DNA of 23,656 nucleotides, filler included, from an uncultured Methanosarcinales archaeon (GCA_964566535.1; 10 parts of 10 records of this genome joined end to end with filler, not necessarily neighbours in it), one strand, 5' to 3'. Positions 8,580 to 18,126 are shown, numbered from the whole stretch's first letter. The notes: generated by a model not told the origin, from the letters alone. Numbers and translations: made by a program.

Positions 8580-8882
8580 ACTGATTTTATTAAATGGAAA
8601 GTTCTGTTTGAAAGCAAAGAAGAGATAATTGCATCATGCCATTATTTGTGTCCATGTATGACTTATAACATGCCACCTTATCAAGAGATAGTCAACAATG
8701 CTAACAATCCAGCATACATCTTTTTTAATGACTCAGATTATAACTTAAGATTAATTAACTATCTAGATGAGAATAACATTACATATAAGATAGAAGAAAT
8801 GAAAGCAGTAAATGTCTATTATAATTTTTCAAAACCACCAAGACCAAAGATGGTCATGGAAGAATGGGACATGACCTGCTAA
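8580..8882 (+). CDS. C-terminal fragment (5'-partial), possibly the extracytoplasmic tail of an ArnT/PMT-like membrane glycosyltransferase
   Basis: Frame is open from the contig start (TDFIKWKVLFESKEEIIAS...PAYIFF). The function is a weak recollection supported by the glycan-locus context. Confidence 0.45.
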   Translation, partial: TDFIKWKVLFESKEEIIASCHYLCPCMTYNMPPYQEIVNNANNPAYIFFNDSDYNLRLINYLDENNITYKIEEMKAVNVYYNFSKPPRPKMVMEEWDMTC

Positions 8883-8904
8883 AACTATTGGCGTAATTTC
8901 TAAC

Positions 8905-9066
8905 TTAAAATAGCGCATAAATAAATGGTGATAGAGCACTGCTCTGTCCAAAAATGATCAGAACTCCCACCAAGACAAACATAATTACTATTGGGGCAAG
9001 CCACCAAGCCTTTCTCACCTTAAGAAAGTCCCAAACTTCACCTAACATAGATTTATTTCTTGACAT
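8905..9066 (-). CDS. DUF5989 / SxtK-like small membrane protein, 53 aa
   Basis: MSRNKSMLGEVWDFLKVRKAWWLAPIVIMFVLVGVLIIFGQSSALSPFIYALF: characteristic RKxWWLxP and S..SPFIY.LF. Below the track cutoff. Confidence 0.9.
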   Translation of the reverse strand: MSRNKSMLGEVWDFLKVRKAWWLAPIVIMFVLVGVLIIFGQSSALSPFIYALF

Positions 9067-9247
9067 TTTTTTAGCTTATTGCCCGAACTGAATTTCACAT
9101 CCCTCCTCTTATTGTGACTGGGATATTTATTATAAACCTAGGGCAAATTATGTTATTTATAAAATTTATGGTTGAATCCAGACACCAAATCCCATTTTGT
9201 AAATAGTAATTATCCCTCTACCAATATTATAGTAACTACGTCTGTGT

Positions 9248-11014
9248 CTAATCTATGGCATACTTTTCACTATCCCACATATCTTGAGGGTTATCTGCCC
9301 TTTTTATCAAGAACTTACCAATAAATAAATAATCAATTCCGGTCCCCATCATACATTTATAGGCATCATAAGGCGTGCAAACAATGGGCTCTCCCCTTAT
9401 GTTAAAAGAAGTATTGATAAGGATCGGTATGCCGGATAACTTCCCCAACTCTTTGATCACATCAAAGTATAACGGATTCTGATCTCTCCTTATTGTCTGC
9501 AATCTTCCAGAACCATCCACGTGCGTAACTGAAGGGATTTTCTTATGCCACTCTTTTTTGACAGGATACACCATAAGCATATAATCTGTAGGTTCAGGAA
9601 CCGGGGTATCACATTCAAAATATTTCAATGCATCATCCTCACAAACAACTGGTGCAAACGGCCTGAATTTCTCCCTATGCTTCACCTTCAAATTAAGTAT
9701 TTCCTGCATATCTGGGTTGCTCGCATTTGAAAGGATACTTCTTGATCCTAAAGCCCTAGGCCCCCATTCCATCTTGCCTTGGAACCATCCAATCACATTG
9801 TTCTCATGGATTAACTTAGCTGCAGTTTTTATCAACTCAGCATCTTCTTTGAATTTAGAATAATTTATCTTGTTTCTATCCAGGAATTGAATTATTACAT
9901 CATCCGAAAATCCAGGTCCAAGATAAGCATCTTTTAGATTGAAGTTCCTTTTATTACCTAGTATAGAATGGTAGATGTATGAGGCAACACCTATGCTTGT
10001 TCCCCCATCAGACGCATTCGGTTGAATCCATATATTTTTAAAAGGAACATTTTTTAGGATTTTTCCATTAGCTACCGAATTTAAACCACATCCTCCTGCA
10101 AGTACAACATTCTCACATTTAGTTTCACCATAAACATGGTTCAACATCCTAAACAACACTTCTTCATGAACCATCTGTAAAGCTGCAGCAATATCTTTAT
10201 GCCTTTGAGTAATGTCAGATTCAGATACCCTCACAGGACCATCCAATAATTTACATAACTTTTTAGAAGGCATCCTATCTTTGTAATGAAACATAAAATA
10301 ACTCATGTCAAATCTATAACTCCCATCATCCTTAATATCAATAACTTGTTTTAATTTTCTGTAATATGGATTTCTCACCTTGTCCATAAGTCCATATGGG
10401 CTTAACCCCATAACTTTATACTCAGAATTATTCACACTAAACCCTAGGTAGGCAGTAATAGTAGAATACAGTAAGCCTAATGAATTTGGAAATTTTATTT
10501 CCTTCATTAAATGTATCTGGTCTTCTTCCCCAACGCCATACGTTGTTGTAGACCATTCACCAACTCCATCAATTGTGAGTATTGCGGCTTTTTTGAACGG
10601 GCTTGTTAGGAAAGAACTTGCAGCATGAGATAAATGATGTTCTACAAAGAGAATATCTCCTTTATACTTCAACTTCTTTTTTATTGTTTTTGTTACCCTT
10701 AATTTTTCATTAATCCATGAGGGCATTGAACTTAAAAATGTTTTAAAACTCAATGGGAATTTCTCAATATGTTGTGATAGAACTCTTTCAAATTTAAGAA
10801 ATGGTTTCTCATAGAAACCCACATGCCGTACATCATCGATTGTAATATTCTGACTTTTAAGACAATATTTTATGGCGTTTATAGGAAATGAAGTATCATG
10901 CTTCTTCCTTGTAAACCTTTCTTCTTCAGCAGCCGCAATTATAGCCCCATCTTTTAAAAGGGCCGCGGATGAATCATGATAATAACAACTTATTCCTAGT
11001 ACGTACATATTCAA
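9248..11014 (-). CDS. O-carbamoyltransferase, NodU/CmcH/TobZ (SxtI-like) family
   Basis: LGISCYYHDSSAALL, EEERFTRKKH, EHHLSHAAS, DGVGE, EYKVMGL, EWGPRALGSRSIL, KHREKFRPFAP, HVDGSGRLQT, NTSFN..GEPIV. Confidence 0.95.
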   Translation of the reverse strand: MNMYVLGISCYYHDSSAALLKDGAIIAAAEEERFTRKKHDTSFPINAIKYCLKSQNITIDDVRHVGFYEKPFLKFERVLSQHIEKFPLSFKTFLSSMPSWINEKLRVTKTIKKKLKYKGDILFVEHHLSHAASSFLTSPFKKAAILTIDGVGEWSTTTYGVGEEDQIHLMKEIKFPNSLGLLYSTITAYLGFSVNNSEYKVMGLSPYGLMDKVRNPYYRKLKQVIDIKDDGSYRFDMSYFMFHYKDRMPSKKLCKLLDGPVRVSESDITQRHKDIAAALQMVHEEVLFRMLNHVYGETKCENVVLAGGCGLNSVANGKILKNVPFKNIWIQPNASDGGTSIGVASYIYHSILGNKRNFNLKDAYLGPGFSDDVIIQFLDRNKINYSKFKEDAELIKTAAKLIHENNVIGWFQGKMEWGPRALGSRSILSNASNPDMQEILNLKVKHREKFRPFAPVVCEDDALKYFECDTPVPEPTDYMLMVYPVKKEWHKKIPSVTHVDGSGRLQTIRRDQNPLYFDVIKELGKLSGIPILINTSFNIRGEPIVCTPYDAYKCMMGTGIDYLFIGKFLIKRADNPQDMWDSEKYAID

Positions 11015-11017
11015 ACC

Positions 11018-11269
11018 TCAAAACTGCCTATAAAATTCTTCAATGGGTCTCTTCTTTAAACTCAACTCAGTCCAATAACTCTCCTTCTTCTTAGAAATCC
11101 TCATATCTAAAAATTTTTTATTAAATAATTTTGCAATTATTGAAGTAAGCCCCACTCCAATTAAGTAAACCAAAGATAATAAAACAGAATTAATAATTAC
11201 TGAGATATTATGTCCAAACATCTTAGACCCCTTTCCAAACCCACTAAAAAACTGATTTAATAATTTCAT
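11018..11269 (-). CDS. SxtJ-like membrane protein (C-terminal portion), 83 aa
   Basis: G..IS.IINSVLLSLVYLIGVG...KKFLD......SYW......F.RQF. ATG 11269 is preferred over the tracked 11344 because it overlaps the upstream stop (ATGA). Confidence 0.8.
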   Translation of the reverse strand: MKLLNQFFSGFGKGSKMFGHNISVIINSVLLSLVYLIGVGLTSIIAKLFNKKFLDMRISKKKESYWTELSLKKRPIEEFYRQF

Positions 11270-11469
11270 ACTAGGAACCTCGTTATAGTTGATCCAATCA
11301 AAGCTACAAGCAAAGTAACTGCCATAATATGGAAATATGTCCATGAAGAAGGCAGCTTATTTAAAAAAGTAAGAATAAAAAATAGAATCGTAGTGAAAAT
11401 AAAATAACTAAATATATAACCTATCTTCTCACCAATTTTTTCAACTGATTTACTCTGTTCGAACTTCAC
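11266..11469 (-). CDS. Small two-TM membrane protein, 67 aa
   Basis: Two hydrophobic segments. TATA (TTTATAAA, 11493-11500) ~25 nt upstream. Translationally coupled to the SxtJ-like gene. Confidence 0.75.
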   Translation of the reverse strand: MKFEQSKSVEKIGEKIGYIFSYFIFTTILFFILTFLNKLPSSWTYFHIMAVTLLVALIGSTITRFLV

Positions 11470-11492
11470 ATTATTGAAGGAAAAGTAGTTAG

Positions 11493-11545
11493 TTTATAAA
11501 TTTTTTTCAATCCATCATCATTTTTCAAAAAATTTATATATACTC
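11493..11545. promoter_or_regulatory. Divergent archaeal TATA boxes
   Basis: TTTATAAA at 11493-11500 (for the minus-strand operon) and TTTATATA at 11533-11540 (for rfbB). Confidence 0.55.
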
Positions 11546-11581
11546 TAACGTTGTTTTCAACAATGGGGGATAAGGAATAAA

Positions 11582-12335
11582 ATGAGATTATTAGTTACTG
11601 GGGGAGCAGGATTCATTGGTTCTAATTTTATTAGGCATATTCTCAAAAAGTATCCTGATTTTAAGATAGTAAACCTTGACAAACTAACTTATGCAGGTAA
11701 TCTTGATAATCTAAAAGACATAGAAAATAATCCTAACTACCAGTTCATAAAGGGAGACATATGCGATAAAGAAATCGTAGAAAAATTAGCAAAAGACATT
11801 GACATAATAATCAATTTTGCAGCAGAAACACATGTAGATAGGTCAATAGAAGATGCAGGAGTATTCATAAAATCAGACATATTAGGAACATACAATCTAC
11901 TAGAGGCTGTAAAGAAATTCAACATAAAAAAGTTCATCCAAATAAGCACCGATGAAGTTTATGGCAGTACAGAAAGTAACTCATTTAAGGAAACAGATAG
12001 TTTAAAACCAAATTCACCTTACTCAGCAAGTAAAGCAGGAGCAGACCTTTTAGTTAGATCTTATATCAAAACACACAATGTCCCAGCCATAATCACAAGA
12101 AGCTCAAATAACTATGGCCCTTACCAATACCCCGAAAAATTAATCCCTTTATTCGTTACAAATCTACTAGAGAACAAAAAGATTCCATTATATGGGGATG
12201 GCCTTAATGTGAGGGACTGGTTATATGTCATCGATAATTGTGAAGCAATTGATTTTGTCCTACAAAACGGAAAAGAAGGGGAAATTTACAATATTGGAAG
12301 CGGAAGCGAAATAACTAATTTAGAAATAACAAAGA
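11582..12335 (+). CDS. rfbB: dTDP-glucose 4,6-dehydratase (3'-partial)
   Basis: TGGAGFIGSNF, DKLTYAGN, NFAAETHVDRSI, ISTDEVYG, PNSPYSASKAG, NNYGPYQYPEKLIP, RDWLYV. Confidence 0.95.
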
Positions 12336-12435
12336 NNNNNNNNNNNNNNNNNNNNNNNNNNNNNNNNNNNNNNNNNNNNTTAATTAATTAANNNNNNNNN
12401 NNNNNNNNNNNNNNNNNNNNNNNNNNNNNNNNNNN
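12336..12435. other. Artificial contig linker
   Basis: 44 N + TTAATTAATTAA + 44 N. Confidence 0.99.
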
Positions 12436-12545
12436 TAAAAATTCGAGTAAAAAAGAAGATATTAAGAGTGATTTTAGCGGGGTTAAATTAGATTGAACAT
12501 GAATTAGGAAATGGATAAATATTAGTACTACATATCTGTAGTAAA

Positions 12546-12588
12546 AAATCGAAAAGTTTATAAAGCCATATTCGATTTCTCGAGGTAA
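12546..12588 (+). promoter_or_regulatory. BRE/TATA promoter and SD-like motif, with an inverted repeat straddling the TATA
   Basis: CGAAAAG-TTTATAAA (12550-12564), GAGGT at 12582-12586, and AAATCGAA (12546-12553) / TTCGATTT (12571-12578). Confidence 0.6.
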
Positions 12589-14448
12589 ATGGAAAATATA
12601 AATTCTGAATTGGAAGATAGAATTAGCGAACTAGCAAGTGCCATAAAAAATACTATTCCCAACTATATTGAAGATACAATGGATGATGACGTAGAGGCAT
12701 TTGACTCAGAAGTTGCAGGTATGGCAGGATTCATGATCTTAAATGATTGGACAGATGAAGAAAGAAATTGGTTACTAAATCAATTTGAAACTAGGGCTGC
12801 TCAAAAAGATTATAATCTTACTAGGATAATTACATCATATGAAAGCTTTGAATACCTGCGTGATACTAGATTAAGAGATTTATTTGCTGAAGAAATTCCA
12901 TTAATTGATGGATTATTTGAAGATTTGAATTTCATTACAAATTATCTAAATACAATAGCAGATATCTCTAAAAACTCGCAAAATCCAGGATTAACTGCTA
13001 GAAAATTTTTTGAAACTATTAGAGAAAACCCAGATTTTTTTTCAGAGATTGAAGGTGGTTATAGTATTAGGAGAAATGTTTTTAATCACATTAGGGAAAG
13101 AGTATCAAATACGAGCGATATAGGTGAAGATGTTTATCAGGTATTGGAAAAAGCAATTGATGAATGGAATAGTGATGGAGTAAATGCATCGCGGGAATAT
13201 ATTAATACTAATAAATCGCTGCAAAAATTAGTTACAGATGATGAATCTTTTGAGGCAGCTGTATTTAATTTAATAACACAACCGTTGTTTAAAAAAAGGA
13301 TCTACCAAAATGCTGATTCACAAGATAAGGGGATTGGAATTAAACTCGAAATTCCACAATCATTTATATCTTTAACGGATCCAAAACAGGTATATGAAGG
13401 GCTACAACAATTAGTAGGAGGATTAGATTCTTCTACACCATTGTTCTCTGCAATTTCCTCAACAATTAGGCGTGAAATAGGTATGCCTTTGAAAGAGCTT
13501 TCATATGAAGATGTTTTATTATATTCAGACCAGCTTACCGACATAGTAATGCGGTTGGGAGAAAATAGACCCAGGATTTCTGGTAATTCCGGATATCAAA
13601 TTATTGCTAATGAATCAACAAAGATGAGAGATGGCTCTATTGGATTTCAATTTTTATCCAGAACTGAAGATGAGTTGCGTTTAGGAGATTTGACTGGAGA
13701 TTGTACAGCAAGAGATGGTATTAATTCCTTCGCTATATACGGGTGGATTTCTGACCCGACTGTTCAAATCTTAAAATTATATGATAATGGCAAATTTATG
13801 GGTAAGATGCACTTTATGCTTGGAGATGTAACTAGTAGGCAATATAATGGACCTGTGGTACTTTTGGATGCTATGGAGTTTATTCCACAAGCAAGAGAAG
13901 TAGAAACTTATAGAAAGAGGGCTACAGCTGCTTTTGAAGCGGGATTAAATAAAATTGAACAAATAAGTCAAAGTATGCAAAGATCCCTATATCTAAATCC
14001 TGTTTCTAATAGCGATGGTGCCAGAAATATATTACTTGGCAGGTATGGTTCTACAACATCGGTAATGTTTAATAAATTAGGAAGCGAGGAATTAGTGAAA
14101 AGTTTATTGGAATTCGAAGGATATACTGTAGATCATGTTCCATATTATGTTCAGTCGCTTGGAGAAAATGATAACCAAGGAGACCCAAGAGGACGTCCAA
14201 TAATTGATAAAATTGAAAGACTTATTAATGAATATTCCATATCCCATCCAAATGAACCATTTGTAACTACAATGAAATCTGGAGATATGACTAAAGCTTC
14301 TGGACAATTAATGGATAACTGGGATATTGGTACAGATGTTCAAAGACTTATATCAGAAAGTGAAACTCAACTATACATGCCCGAAGTATTACAGCGTCTC
14401 TATAGTAGAACTGGTGCTTCTGGGAAGGCGGATTTAATTAAAGTATGA
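12589..14448 (+). CDS. Hypothetical cytoplasmic protein, 619 aa, with a conserved-looking alpha/beta core
   Basis: Complete long ORF with a promoter and no signal peptide. Motif block LGDLTGDCTA..N..W.SDP..QIL...G.M....LLDAMEF. Confidence 0.85.
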   Translation: MENINSELEDRISELASAIKNTIPNYIEDTMDDDVEAFDSEVAGMAGFMILNDWTDEERNWLLNQFETRAAQKDYNLTRIITSYESFEYLRDTRLRDLFAEEIPLIDGLFEDLNFITNYLNTIADISKNSQNPGLTARKFFETIRENPDFFSEIEGGYSIRRNVFNHIRERVSNTSDIGEDVYQVLEKAIDEWNSDGVNASREYINTNKSLQKLVTDDESFEAAVFNLITQPLFKKRIYQNADSQDKGIGIKLEIPQSFISLTDPKQVYEGLQQLVGGLDSSTPLFSAISSTIRREIGMPLKELSYEDVLLYSDQLTDIVMRLGENRPRISGNSGYQIIANESTKMRDGSIGFQFLSRTEDELRLGDLTGDCTARDGINSFAIYGWISDPTVQILKLYDNGKFMGKMHFMLGDVTSRQYNGPVVLLDAMEFIPQAREVETYRKRATAAFEAGLNKIEQISQSMQRSLYLNPVSNSDGARNILLGRYGSTTSVMFNKLGSEELVKSLLEFEGYTVDHVPYYVQSLGENDNQGDPRGRPIIDKIERLINEYSISHPNEPFVTTMKSGDMTKASGQLMDNWDIGTDVQRLISESETQLYMPEVLQRLYSRTGASGKADLIKV

Positions 14449-14467
14449 TTATTCTATGCTGGTCAAA

Positions 14468-14549
14468 ATGCAATTAAAAGATAAAGTTGCTTTGATAACA
14501 GGCGCTTCTTCAGGTATTGGAAAAGAAACAGCTTTATTGTTTGCAAAAG
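14468..14549 (+). CDS. SDR-family oxidoreductase, N-terminal fragment
   Basis: MQLKDKVALITGASSGIGKETALLFAK (TGxxxGIG). Confidence 0.9.
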
Positions 14550-14649
14550 NNNNNNNNNNNNNNNNNNNNNNNNNNNNNNNNNNNNNNNNNNNNTTAATTA
14601 ATTAANNNNNNNNNNNNNNNNNNNNNNNNNNNNNNNNNNNNNNNNNNNN
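14550..14649. other. Artificial contig linker
   Basis: 44 N + TTAATTAATTAA + 44 N. Confidence 0.99.
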
Positions 14650-14651
14650 AG

Positions 14652-14963
14652 GAATCAGTAGATGATCCTGATGTGTTTGAAAAGGAATTTATGAAATATC
14701 TCAAAGAACAGGGATATGAAATTGATGACAGCATCTCTGAAGATGTTATAGGTTTCGGTGAAGTTTTGCCCAAAGGAGAGTATGTTCTAATCAATGATAT
14801 TTTAAATAAAGAAGAAGAAGAATTGACTGCTAAAAAAGGAGATAAGGTTGCTGCATTTAAAGATGAATCACCAATAGATACAATTTTAGGTATTGAGATT
14901 TTCCCTGTAGTACATCTAAAAACAAAAGAAGAAATTTATGTAAGCTTGGAGGATATAAAATGA
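14652..14963 (+). CDS. Hypothetical protein, phage-like (5'-partial)
   Basis: Open from the contig start, acidic, with an ATGA overlap with the next gene. Confidence 0.75.
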   Translation, partial: ESVDDPDVFEKEFMKYLKEQGYEIDDSISEDVIGFGEVLPKGEYVLINDILNKEEEELTAKKGDKVAAFKDESPIDTILGIEIFPVVHLKTKEEIYVSLEDIK

Positions 14964-15352
14964 AACGCTGGATAGAAGTATCACCATATAATGGTTTAGA
15001 AGAAGATGCTCCTACTACTTCTGCTGGCACAGGACATGTACATGGTATTGGTGTTGGTCCTTATGGAGAGCCTGGTGTTGATCCCAAAAAGAAAAAGAAA
15101 GATCAAGTCTTGGTTGATCGTGAAGGCAAGATTGATGGACGAACTAAAGCATATCGTGAACATCGTAAAAAGTTAGAACAAGCAAGACAAAAACGTGAAG
15201 ATGTAAAGAAAGGTAAGAATAGTAAATTTATTGAAACCATAAAAAAAAGAACTGCTGAGATGACATCACAAGTGTATGCTGCTGGATTAGATTCTGTTAA
15301 TCCTATGGCATCACTAAATACGCCGACTCCAAAAAAGAAAAAAAAGAAATAA
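14960..15352 (+). CDS. Hypothetical protein resembling T4-like myophage conserved hypotheticals
   Basis: EEDAPTTSAG...GEPGV..KKKK and IDGRTKAYRE motifs, recalled from aquatic T4-like phages; not database-verified. Confidence 0.7.
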   Translation: MKRWIEVSPYNGLEEDAPTTSAGTGHVHGIGVGPYGEPGVDPKKKKKDQVLVDREGKIDGRTKAYREHRKKLEQARQKREDVKKGKNSKFIETIKKRTAEMTSQVYAAGLDSVNPMASLNTPTPKKKKKK

Positions 15353-15375
15353 GAAGCTAATAAAGAGAATTATAA

Positions 15376-16648
15376 ATGTTAAAGGTGCATGATTTAGTAG
15401 TCTCTTCAAAGAAGGATGTTCCCAGAACAAGAAAGGGCGGCAAACATTCTTTTATGTCATTTCAGCGTGCTAGTGAGGAAGAACTCAAACTAGCTCAAGA
15501 AGAAAAGCATCAAAAAGAACTTGCTAAAATTGCTCATGAAACTTCAGTATTAAGAATTATTGAAGAAGAAAGGGAAAAAGCGGAGATAGAATCAAACCGA
15601 ATTACAAGAACTAATTCTGTTAATAATAAAATATCTAATGCATTTGGAACAAAAACTAAAATTGATACTCAACCAGCTCGACAATCAGCTGTTGATAACA
15701 TTCTCCCTAAGGCCTTTATTCCAGAACAAAAGTATTCAGAACCTTTCAAAGAAGAACCAGCTTTAAATAAAGAGCTTTCAGAATTTAAAAAGAAAATACA
15801 TGAACACATTGCACAATTAGGTTTAGCTCATAGTTCTGGTGGCGGTGCCGGTTTTATGGTAGACTTAGATGATGTACAAACTTCTACTGCAAAAGTTGAT
15901 GGAAAATTTCTTAAATATAGTTCTTCAGATGGTAAATGGGTTGGCGACACATCAGATACTTTTACAGTAACTGCTAATGATTCAACTAACGAAACTGTAT
16001 ATCCAATATTTGTCGATGGTGCAACAGGAAGTCAAAGTGCAGAATCAGATAGTGGATTAACTTATAATCCAAGTACAGGACTTTTAACCTCAACTGGATT
16101 CTCTGGAAATTTAACAGGCACTCTACAAACTGCAGCTCAAGGTAATGTGACATCTGTTGGTACATTAACAGGTCTTGTTATTGCAGATAGTGGTAATATT
16201 GGTAGTGCAAGTGATACAGATGCTATTACTATTGATTCGTCTGGTAATGTTACAGCATCTCAAAACCTTACAGTCACCGGCGACCTTACTGTATCAGGAA
16301 GTAGTACCACAGTTAATAAGGTTACAATAAATGTTGAAGAGGCTTTTGTTTTTGAGGGAGCAACAGCTGATTCATATGAAACAACACTTTCAGTATCAGA
16401 TCCTACTGCTGACAGAGCTATAGTTTTACCAGATACAAGTGGTCAAGTTCAAGTAATTCCGCCAATTACTTTAAATGGAACAGATGGTTCTTTTACAGAT
16501 GCAGGCGATCATCTTGTTCTTAATGGTACAGATGGAGCTTCTGCTAATGATGGGGATCAATTACTATATGAAGACGGTACTTCTGATGTAATGGCTGTTT
16601 TTGCATCTCATGGAATTACTCTTGCCGGTTATGGTTGGTGGGCTTTTC
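15376..16648 (+). CDS. Phage virion structural / fibre-like protein (3'-partial)
   Basis: Charged N-terminus, then SGGGAG...LDDV...DGKFLKY...KW, TAAQGNVTSVGTLTGL, FEGATADSYETTL...PTADR.I.LPD and LNGTDG...GD repeats. No signal peptide. Confidence 0.75.
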
Positions 16649-16748
16649 NNNNNNNNNNNNNNNNNNNNNNNNNNNNNNNNNNNNNNNNNNNNTTAATTAA
16701 TTAANNNNNNNNNNNNNNNNNNNNNNNNNNNNNNNNNNNNNNNNNNNN
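16649..16748. other. Artificial contig linker
   Basis: 44 N + TTAATTAATTAA + 44 N. Confidence 0.99.
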
Positions 16749-17422
16749 GTGTTGCCAGGGAAGATTTTGGCAGGATATTTGTTGTATAGAAGAAATGCTG
16801 TTAATGATGCTACCATGACAAAGGCTAACATGGCTACTCTTGGAAAGCCTTGTGAGAACCATGCAAGAAAACCTAAGGTTGTTAGGATGATTATGCCCAT
16901 TCCAGCTTCTAAGCCATTATAGCCTGCGAGCATGTTGAAGCCGTTTGCTGCAAAGCTTATTGCTAGTGGGACTACTAAGAGAGGATATAGGATTCCAAGG
17001 TTGATTTCTCCTATTAAGGGAAGGAGCATTGAGGATTGGCCAATGTTTATCATCATTACAGGCAGGGCTGCGAATAAGCATAGCAATGGTTTCTGCCATT
17101 GTTTCAAGCCGAGTTTCCAGCCAAGGATGTCATCCATAATGCCAATTATTGCAATGATTGTTATGGTTGAGACGACTGCAAGGATTTCAAGGTTGAATTC
17201 TAAGGCTGACTTGAAGAAGGTTCTGTAGCCAGTATATAGGAGTATGCCGAATAGGAAGCTTATTAAGACGGGGAGACCGCCCATTTCTGTTGCTGTCCTT
17301 TCAGGCTTGTGCATGTCTTTGGCAACTAAGCCTGCTTTTCTTGCTCTTATAATCCACCATTTGGTTAAGAGCAGTGATGAGAAGAAAGTTATGGTTAAGC
17401 AAGCTATGGGAAGGATGTCCAT
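16749..17422 (-). CDS. aglH: UDP-GlcNAc:dolichyl-phosphate GlcNAc-1-P transferase (glycosyltransferase family 4, MraY/WecA/GPT; 3'-partial)
   Basis: KDMHK..EMGGL, IGIMDD, FNMLAGYNGLEAG (GPT/archaeal-type) and YNKYPAKIFPGN in a multi-TM protein. TATA at 17445-17452 about 23 nt from the ATG suggests a leaderless mRNA. Confidence 0.85.
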
Positions 17423-17466
17423 AGAAGAAGGTGTTGTTTGGAGTTATTTAAAGATTTGTGAAAAAT

Positions 17467-17742
17467 TCATATATAAACATCATCATGATGCTTTAATTTC
17501 CAGAAGTAGATTATGTTCTTTTCTTTATTGATTTTGAATAATAACACAAAACTTTTGTCTATATGAATCCTTTTATAATCCTTTAAATCATATCTGCAAT
17601 TTTTGTATCTGTCTATTGTGGTATTATCATTACTTATTATTTCTTTAATCTTCTTGTTTAGAATAGTAACCCTTGCTCTATCTTTCTTTGCTAGTTTTCT
17701 TATTACTATTTTTAGTTCATCAGAAATATCAAAATCAAACAT
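17467..17742 (-). CDS. RelE/ParE-family toxin
   Basis: Basic 91-aa protein, KKIKEII...YKNCRYDLKDYKRIHIDKSFVLLF...KHHDDVY. 8-nt overlap with the upstream antitoxin. Confidence 0.85.
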   Translation of the reverse strand: MFDFDISDELKIVIRKLAKKDRARVTILNKKIKEIISNDNTTIDRYKNCRYDLKDYKRIHIDKSFVLLFKINKEKNIIYFWKLKHHDDVYI

Positions 17743-18004
17743 TTACACCACACAGAGCATCCAACTCTTTTATAGTCATCTTTCTCTTGAAGTTGTGTTT
17801 CTTTTCCCATTCCTCGCAGTCTTTAACCATCTGAGAGACTAATTCTTCTTTTACTTCTTTTTCTACAAATTCCTCACCAAACATATCCGCAAATCTATCT
17901 AGAGCTTCAGCTTTATTCCTTAATCCAAATTTCTCTTTAATTACGCCTAAGACTCTGTTTGCATATTCATTTACTTTGAGGTTCATTGATACTGTTTCTG
18001 TCAT
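17735..18004 (-). CDS. DUF2683-like antitoxin, 89 aa
   Basis: NEYANRVLGVIKEKFGLRNKAEALD pattern. ATG 18004 is preferred because the tracked GTG lies inside the SD motif AGGTGA. Confidence 0.8.
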   Translation of the reverse strand: MTETVSMNLKVNEYANRVLGVIKEKFGLRNKAEALDRFADMFGEEFVEKEVKEELVSQMVKDCEEWEKKHNFKRKMTIKELDALCGVNV

Positions 18005-18019
18005 TGATATCACCTTAAG

Positions 18020-18066
18020 TTAGTTCTTGTTATTCTAAATAATATGAACTAATATATAAAAGTTTT
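18020..18066 (-). promoter_or_regulatory. TA promoter with inverted-repeat operator
   Basis: Minus-strand TTTATATA (18053-18060) and TTAGTTC (18020-18026) / GAACTAA (18046-18052). Confidence 0.6.
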
Positions 18067-18126
18067 TATTATAATGATTGAGTATAGAAAGATATTTACA
18101 TAAGAAGATAACTAATTCTTGATAAT

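Noticed and set aside
11270..11344. Longer start for the SxtJ-like gene
   Set aside because: It would overlap the upstream gene by ~79 nt, whereas ATG 11269 gives a standard ATGA coupling.
8905..11469. Saxitoxin biosynthesis
   Set aside because: Only the widespread sxtI/J/K-like trio is present, no sxtA or sxtG core genes are seen, and the context is sugar metabolism.
15353..15378. T4 late promoter
   Set aside because: The sequence is TATAAATG, not TATAAATA, and it overlaps the start codon.
16917..17842. Short ORFs overlapping aglH and the TA pair; similar ones at 7134, 8271, 9545, 11737, 13302, 14104, 14594, 21064, 21403, 22234 and 22922
   Set aside because: They are antisense or off-frame to better-supported genes and have no recognisable motifs.
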